A stretch of DNA of 64,000 nucleotides from Octopus vulgaris (taxonomy: Eukaryota). Where the stretch lies: positions 224,936,001 through 225,000,000 of the forward strand of contig OX597814.1 of NCBI GenBank assembly GCA_951406725.2. The letters run 5' to 3'. How positions within the stretch are numbered: the stretch's first letter is position 1; each line of letters opens with the position of its first letter. Position numbers and translations under genes: made by a program. This document shows, piece by piece, positions 58,367 to 64,000 of this stretch. The notes beneath the pieces are model-generated. The model saw only the letters and a program-made list of their open reading frames with translations, did not search any database and was not told the DNA's origin.

Positions 58367-58418
<52 letters not shown>
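58040..58418. repeat. Compound trinucleotide repeat (CTA/CTG/CTC)
   Basis: Direct reading. Confidence 0.95.
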
Positions 58419-58618
58419 ATATATTCTCTTTCCTTCTTTTTCTCTCGCGTTCTCAATGCCTCTTCGTGTTTCTCTGAAATTATATCTCAATTAAAATAAA
58501 ACCCTGCTCCAATCATTTCTCTCTAACCTTCTCACTTATTGTTTTCAGTACTCAATCATACGTACATGCACGTACCCATACACACACGCATAGGTGTAGA
58601 TACATACACATATGTATA

Positions 58619-58658
<40 letters not shown>

Positions 58659-58703
58659 CATATATATATATTCATACATACATACATACATAGATACATA
58701 TAT

Positions 58704-58785
<82 letters not shown>

Positions 58786-59044
58786 GTATGTGTGTGTATA
58801 TGTTTGCGTGTGTGTGTGTTTGGCCCCCAACATCGCCTGACAACCGATACTGGTGTGTTTACGTCCCCTTGACATACCAGTTCGGTATAAGAGACCGATA
58901 GAATAAGTACTAGGCTTACAAAGAATAACTCCTGGGGTCGATTTGCTCGAATAAAGGTGGTGCTTCAGCATAGCCTCAATACATATATAGATATATATAT
59001 ATGTATATATACATATATATATACACACATATATATATATATAT

Positions 59045-59101
<57 letters not shown>

Positions 59102-59420
59102 CACACAACACAAAAATACGCATATATGTTTATATATATATATCACACATACACACATACGCACAAACACGCAGATTAACACACGCACAGGTATGCATCC
59201 ATGGATCTATATAAATTCATATGAGTTAGCGTCTTATGTGTATGTATGCGTATATATATATATATGTATATATATATATGTATGTATATGTATGTGTGTA
59301 TATATATATATATGCGTGTGTGTGTTTATATATAAATATAAACTTATATATATATATATACATGCATACACACGTATAGATACATATATAAATACACACA
59401 TACAAATACGTATATATATA

Positions 59421-59522
<102 letters not shown>

Positions 59523-60277
59523 CATAAGCAGGTTATATATATGAAGGTTGTTAGATGAAAGATAAGCAGCCAGCAGCCAGCCAACTCTAGCTGTCCTTCA
59601 GTCTATCTCTCTTATTCTCTATCACTTGCTATTTCGTTCTCTACGCCTTTCCATCTCCTTAAACACACACACACACACACATGGACGCACACACACACAC
59701 ACACACATGGACGCACACTCACACACACACGCATTCACTCCAGTTTTCCCTCCTTCACTGTTGAATTACATTTGAAATTTCTTCGTCCGTTTTCCGCTTA
59801 ACGTCTCTCTCCGTTTCTTTTCCTCCTCCTTTCCCTCGTCGCCCTTTGCAATATCATATCTTCTTTACATTTCTTCCTCACCTTCATCCTTTTCCCTATT
59901 ACCTTAGCTGCTCTCCGCGTTCTTCATTTTTCTCAAACTCTGCTCTTCAGTTTCATTCTTTGATTTTATTGAATCTCATTTCCTTCCATGCCCTTCACTC
60001 CTTTTCTATACGTTACTATCTTACTATTCATTTATGTGTTGTCTCAGATTCTTTTCCCCTTATTTCTGTTTACATTATAGTTGTATACCTCTAAAGAAAG
60101 ATGAGATTACAAAGTAAAGGAAAGAATTAGGAAACAACAAAGATTTCCAATGGGAAGAAGAGAATATATGAAATAGGTTATTGCCGTATATATATATATA
60201 TATGTACAAATATGTACGTGCTCACACACACACACTCATACACACACTCACAAACATACACAGACACATATAGATAC

Positions 60278-60320
<43 letters not shown>

Positions 60321-60321
<1 letters not shown>

Positions 60322-60525
60322 CGGTAAGCTTTATGAAAATAAACAAAAGACGAAGGCAGGTGGAATACAAACAAACAATTGTATTAGTATGGCGCTCAGG
60401 AATATAAATAAAACAAGTCTTTTACGTTTCGAGCCTACGCTCTTCAACAGAAAGATACACAGAAAAGAAACACGGAGAGAAACAAGGAGAGAAAAAAAAA
60501 TGCGTGCAGAAGCTAGCGATTCAAC
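60321..60525 (-). mobile_element. Short HHR-like element in (TA)n
   Basis: Minus strand tcttt-CTGTTGA-agagcgtaggctc-GAAA-cg-TA-aaaga (60418-60455) with a perfect stem I. Confidence 0.7.
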
Positions 60526-60612
60526 ATATATATATATATGTGCGTGTGTGTATGTGTGTGTATACACATATACACAAACATCTATACACATTTGTGTGTA
60601 TATATGTATATA

Positions 60613-60848
60613 GAAAGAAGCCTGTCGTATATATGTATATATATATGTATGTGTGTGTGTTTGTCCCCCTAGCATTGCTTGACAACCAATGCTGGTGTGT
60701 TTACGTCCCCGTCACTTAGCGGTTCGGCAAAATAGACCGATAGAATAAGTACTAGGCTTACAAAGAATAAGTCCCGGGGTCGATTTGCTCGACTAAAGGC
60801 GGTGCTCCAGCATGGCCACAGTCAAATGACTGAAACAAGTAAAAGAGT
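60613..60848 (+). mobile_element. SINE B 3' portion
   Basis: Collinear with the 3' half of 22556-22970. A similar partial copy lies at 58795-58980. Confidence 0.85.
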
Positions 60849-61139
60849 ATATATATATATATATATGCATGATTGTATGCATGTATGTATTTATGTATGT
60901 ATGTATGTATGTATGTATGTATGTATGTATGTATGTTTGTATGTATGTATGTATGTATGTATGTATGTTTGTATGTATGCATGTATGTATGTATGAAAAC
61001 GCATAATCCTCTCCAATGGATAGTAAAATTTCTCGGCATAACGCTAAACTGAACAATAGGGAAACAATTTTCATTTAGAAAAGTGAACAAAATGCCTCTG
61101 TCTATTTACACTGCAGCCACCTATGTACAATATTAAAGA

Positions 61140-61925
61140 ACATAATCTAGAATATTATCCGGCGCATCTCTACGATATCATCCCACATAAGTATATTCAA
61201 CCGAGCAGCATTGTTCCCCCATAAAAGTTTTAAATCTCTCATGTGTGAAAATACTGGTATTCATTCCCCAAATCACACAAACGAATGATAAGTCAAACAA
61301 ATCCTGACAAAGCTACATTATTTGCTCACCTAATCTTCAGACTAAAGGGATAAAAATGCATTAAAATCTTCCTCAGTTTAGTAACCAATAAAAGAGAGCA
61401 GATGCTACTCAACAGAAACAGCATAGAAGTTAGATATAACTGCACATTAAACCAAAACGAAAAAAAGAAAACAACTCCATTCAAAGTCTAAATAACATTC
61501 TATCAAGAACGCCTCTATTCACTGACGAAAATAAATGCAACTGCAATAGATCAAAGCGTTAGGTTAAACTTGGCAAAAAAAAAATCGTAATCAAATGTCA
61601 GCAAGCAGGACTGCAAAACTGAAAAATCAACAAAAATTACATCGGAGCAATGAGAGAGTTGCCAAAAGCCAGATGCACAAAATGCATGCACCTGATCCGA
61701 AATATTTACAGAAAAAATGTAACATTCTTATCGAAGTATATTTGGGAATTAAAGAAGACTGATGCAAGCATAAATATAAACGTGCGAATTGTCCTTACAC
61801 GAATGGTTTCAGGACATTTCTTCTGTGCGCCATAGAAAAATGCAATTACGGAATAAACATGCTTGCTCAAGCGGAGAAATGAGGTGACGTCACTTTATAG
61901 ACCCAAAAAGGAATTAATTTTAAAA
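61140..61925 (+). pseudogene. Degraded second Naiad-type PLE (RT thumb, Cys linker and GIY-YIG remnants)
   Basis: Fragments across frames: NIIRRISTISSHISIFNRAA, KCNCNR (61533), YIGA (61638), LSKYIWELK and LLKRRNE. Confidence 0.75.
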
Positions 61926-61950
61926 ACTGGTCCTGATTGCAGATAGAAAA

Positions 61951-61990
61951 ACAACTGATGACACTGCAGCAGTAATGAAGTGAAACAGCA
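61951..61990 (+). ncRNA. Decayed hammerhead motif downstream of the second Naiad
   Basis: CTGATGA(61955-61), cact...agt, GAAA(61982-85), cagc. Stems III and I are eroded. Confidence 0.5.
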
Positions 61991-62364
61991 AAAGCAAATT
62001 AAATACCCAACAAATTAACAGAATGGAAATTTAGTGACTCCAGCTGTAAAATACAAATATTTTATTAAAAAATGGGAAAAAATATTCTTCGGTTTGTAAT
62101 CGATAGGGTCGGGAAAGACAACAAGGCATCAATAGCATTGGTGAATGAAACGTGATAAACAAATAACCTACTCCAGCAAAATACAATATGATTTAGCCAA
62201 ACAGAATACGACTGCGTAATCGATATGTGGAGACAGGACAATTATTGTGATGATAAATGGTAAAAGAACAAGAAGAGGGCAATAATCACTATAAAACAAA
62301 AAAGAACCCTTTTTAAATGAAAACAAAACAGTATGAAGAAAGCAGGATGGCCAATTAAGTAGGG

Positions 62365-62495
62365 GGAAATGTATTTAAGAAGAAGGAAGAAATGTATTTA
62401 AGAAGTAGAGGGAAATGTATTTAAGAAGAAGGAGGAAATGTATTTAAGAAGAAGGAGGAAATGTATTTAAAAACTAAGGGAAAATATATTAAAGG
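62365..62495. repeat. 23-bp minisatellite, about 5.5 copies
   Basis: Contiguous ggaaatgtatttaagaagaagga units with no spacers. Confidence 0.9.
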
Positions 62496-64000
62496 ACATT
62501 TAGAAATCGACCAATGAAAACTATAGTTAACTAAAAAAGATCGAACCTGTGCCAACTTGTAAACATACTAGAGAAAGCACTTCGCCTAGTGGTAGCATGA
62601 AACTAGTGGCAAAACAAAAAAATAATAATAATTCAACTTAAATAATCTATACGCTGAACACTATGTATTGAGTACTTAGTGACCTTTTCGTTGAAAAACT
62701 GCTACGTATGAGCTCGTATGTATACATATATAAATATGTATAGTATGTGTGCGTATGTTTTTGTAAGTATGTGTGTCTATGTGTATATACATATATCTAT
62801 ATATATATCTATGTGTGCGTCTATATGTGTATTTTGTGTGTGTGAGTGTGTGTGTGTGTACATGTACCTATACACACAGATATATGTGTTTGTTCGTGCA
62901 TGTGTGTATGTATGTATGTATGTATGTATGTATGTATGTATGTGTGTGTATGTATGTGTGTATGTATGTATGTATGTATGTATGTGTGTATGTATGTATG
63001 TATGTATGTATGTATGTATGTATGTGTGTATGTATGTATGTGTGTATGTATGTATGTATGTATGTGTGTGTATGTATGTATGTGTGTGTGTATATATATA
63101 TGTGTGTATATATATATATACATATATATATGCACACATACATATATATGTACGTACATATATGTGTATGTATGTATGTATGTATGTATGTGTGTATGTA
63201 TGTATGTGTGTATATATATATATATGTGTGTGTGTATGTATATATATATATATATACATATATATACGCACACATACCTACATACATACGTACGTACATA
63301 TATGCATACATATGTACATCTATATATACCTAATCACACAAACGTACACACACGTATATACTTTCATGGAAGAAGTATGACCTTTGAGGAACGTAACTGC
63401 TTCACTACATATCGTATTTCACGTGAGGTCAAAAATAAATAGATATCGGAAATCAACAGCATTTAGAATGTAGTTGTAGGTCAAACTTAGACACAACTGA
63501 GAAATATCTTACAAAAATGCTTTAAAAACTATCAGAAAAAGAAGTGAAGTAAATAAAAATAATCACCAGCAAGAAACGCTGAGAAGGTTGGGGAATTATT
63601 CGTAAGAATTCAATTTCGATCATTATAAACTTACTGTCTAGTTTTTTTTTTAAACAGTAGTGGTCATCAGGAGGAAAGTTATTGATTGACAATCTATTAA
63701 TGGAACATCTTAGAAGCTTAACCTACAAACAAATATGTATAAGGAAAGAAAAAGAATTTGAAAAGTTCAAAATAATCATAAATCTATATTAATAATTTTC
63801 TGTAATCGATCGAAGAAACACGGAAAATAAATAATTACAGAAATTACATTTCTATAAATATTAAAATATCGAATTTTGAATAACAGAGTTGGAGAGAGGT
63901 CAAAGAAAACAGTCCAAAGAACAGTCCTGAGGGTATGTCTTCAATAATCCTGACCTGGAGATGATCTGGATAAACAAGCAGAATTGCCCGCACATATCAC

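Noticed and set aside
58003-58494. Poly-Leu/Ser/Val ORFs
   Set aside because: Trinucleotide microsatellite, with no splice or domain evidence.
62365-62495. CRISPR-like 23-bp repeats
   Set aside because: The units are contiguous with no spacers, the context is eukaryotic, and there are no cas genes.

Overview
AT-rich, repeat-saturated eukaryotic intergenic or intronic DNA. The SINE repertoire and the (TA)n/(TATG)n/(TCTA)n density suggest an octopus (coleoid cephalopod) genome; this is inference. I see no host protein-coding exon, and most ORF-track entries are microsatellite translations. The window holds four tRNA-headed SINE families, Tc1/mariner fossils (DD34D, DD37D, probable DD36E), hAT and piggyBac MITEs, RTE LINE fragments (one with a twin-priming-type 5' inversion) and a U6 pseudogene. 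A near-intact Naiad-type Penelope-like retroelement (RT + GIY-YIG, 49.2-52.6 kb) carries a canonical hammerhead ribozyme (HHR) in its 3' repeat, and a second, decayed Naiad lies at 61-62 kb. The main hidden signal is about 15 minimal type-I HHR motifs in roughly 10 unrelated short non-coding element families. Most lie in or beside (TA)n tracts, often as fold-back palindromes whose strand switches fall at or near the ribozyme. This suggests a system of Penelope-mobilised, ribozyme-bearing non-autonomous retroelements (retrozyme-like). A compact CArG + 3xCRE + Fox motif cluster at 55.0-55.3 kb looks like an activity-regulated enhancer. All motifs were read by eye and none has been folded or searched computationally.
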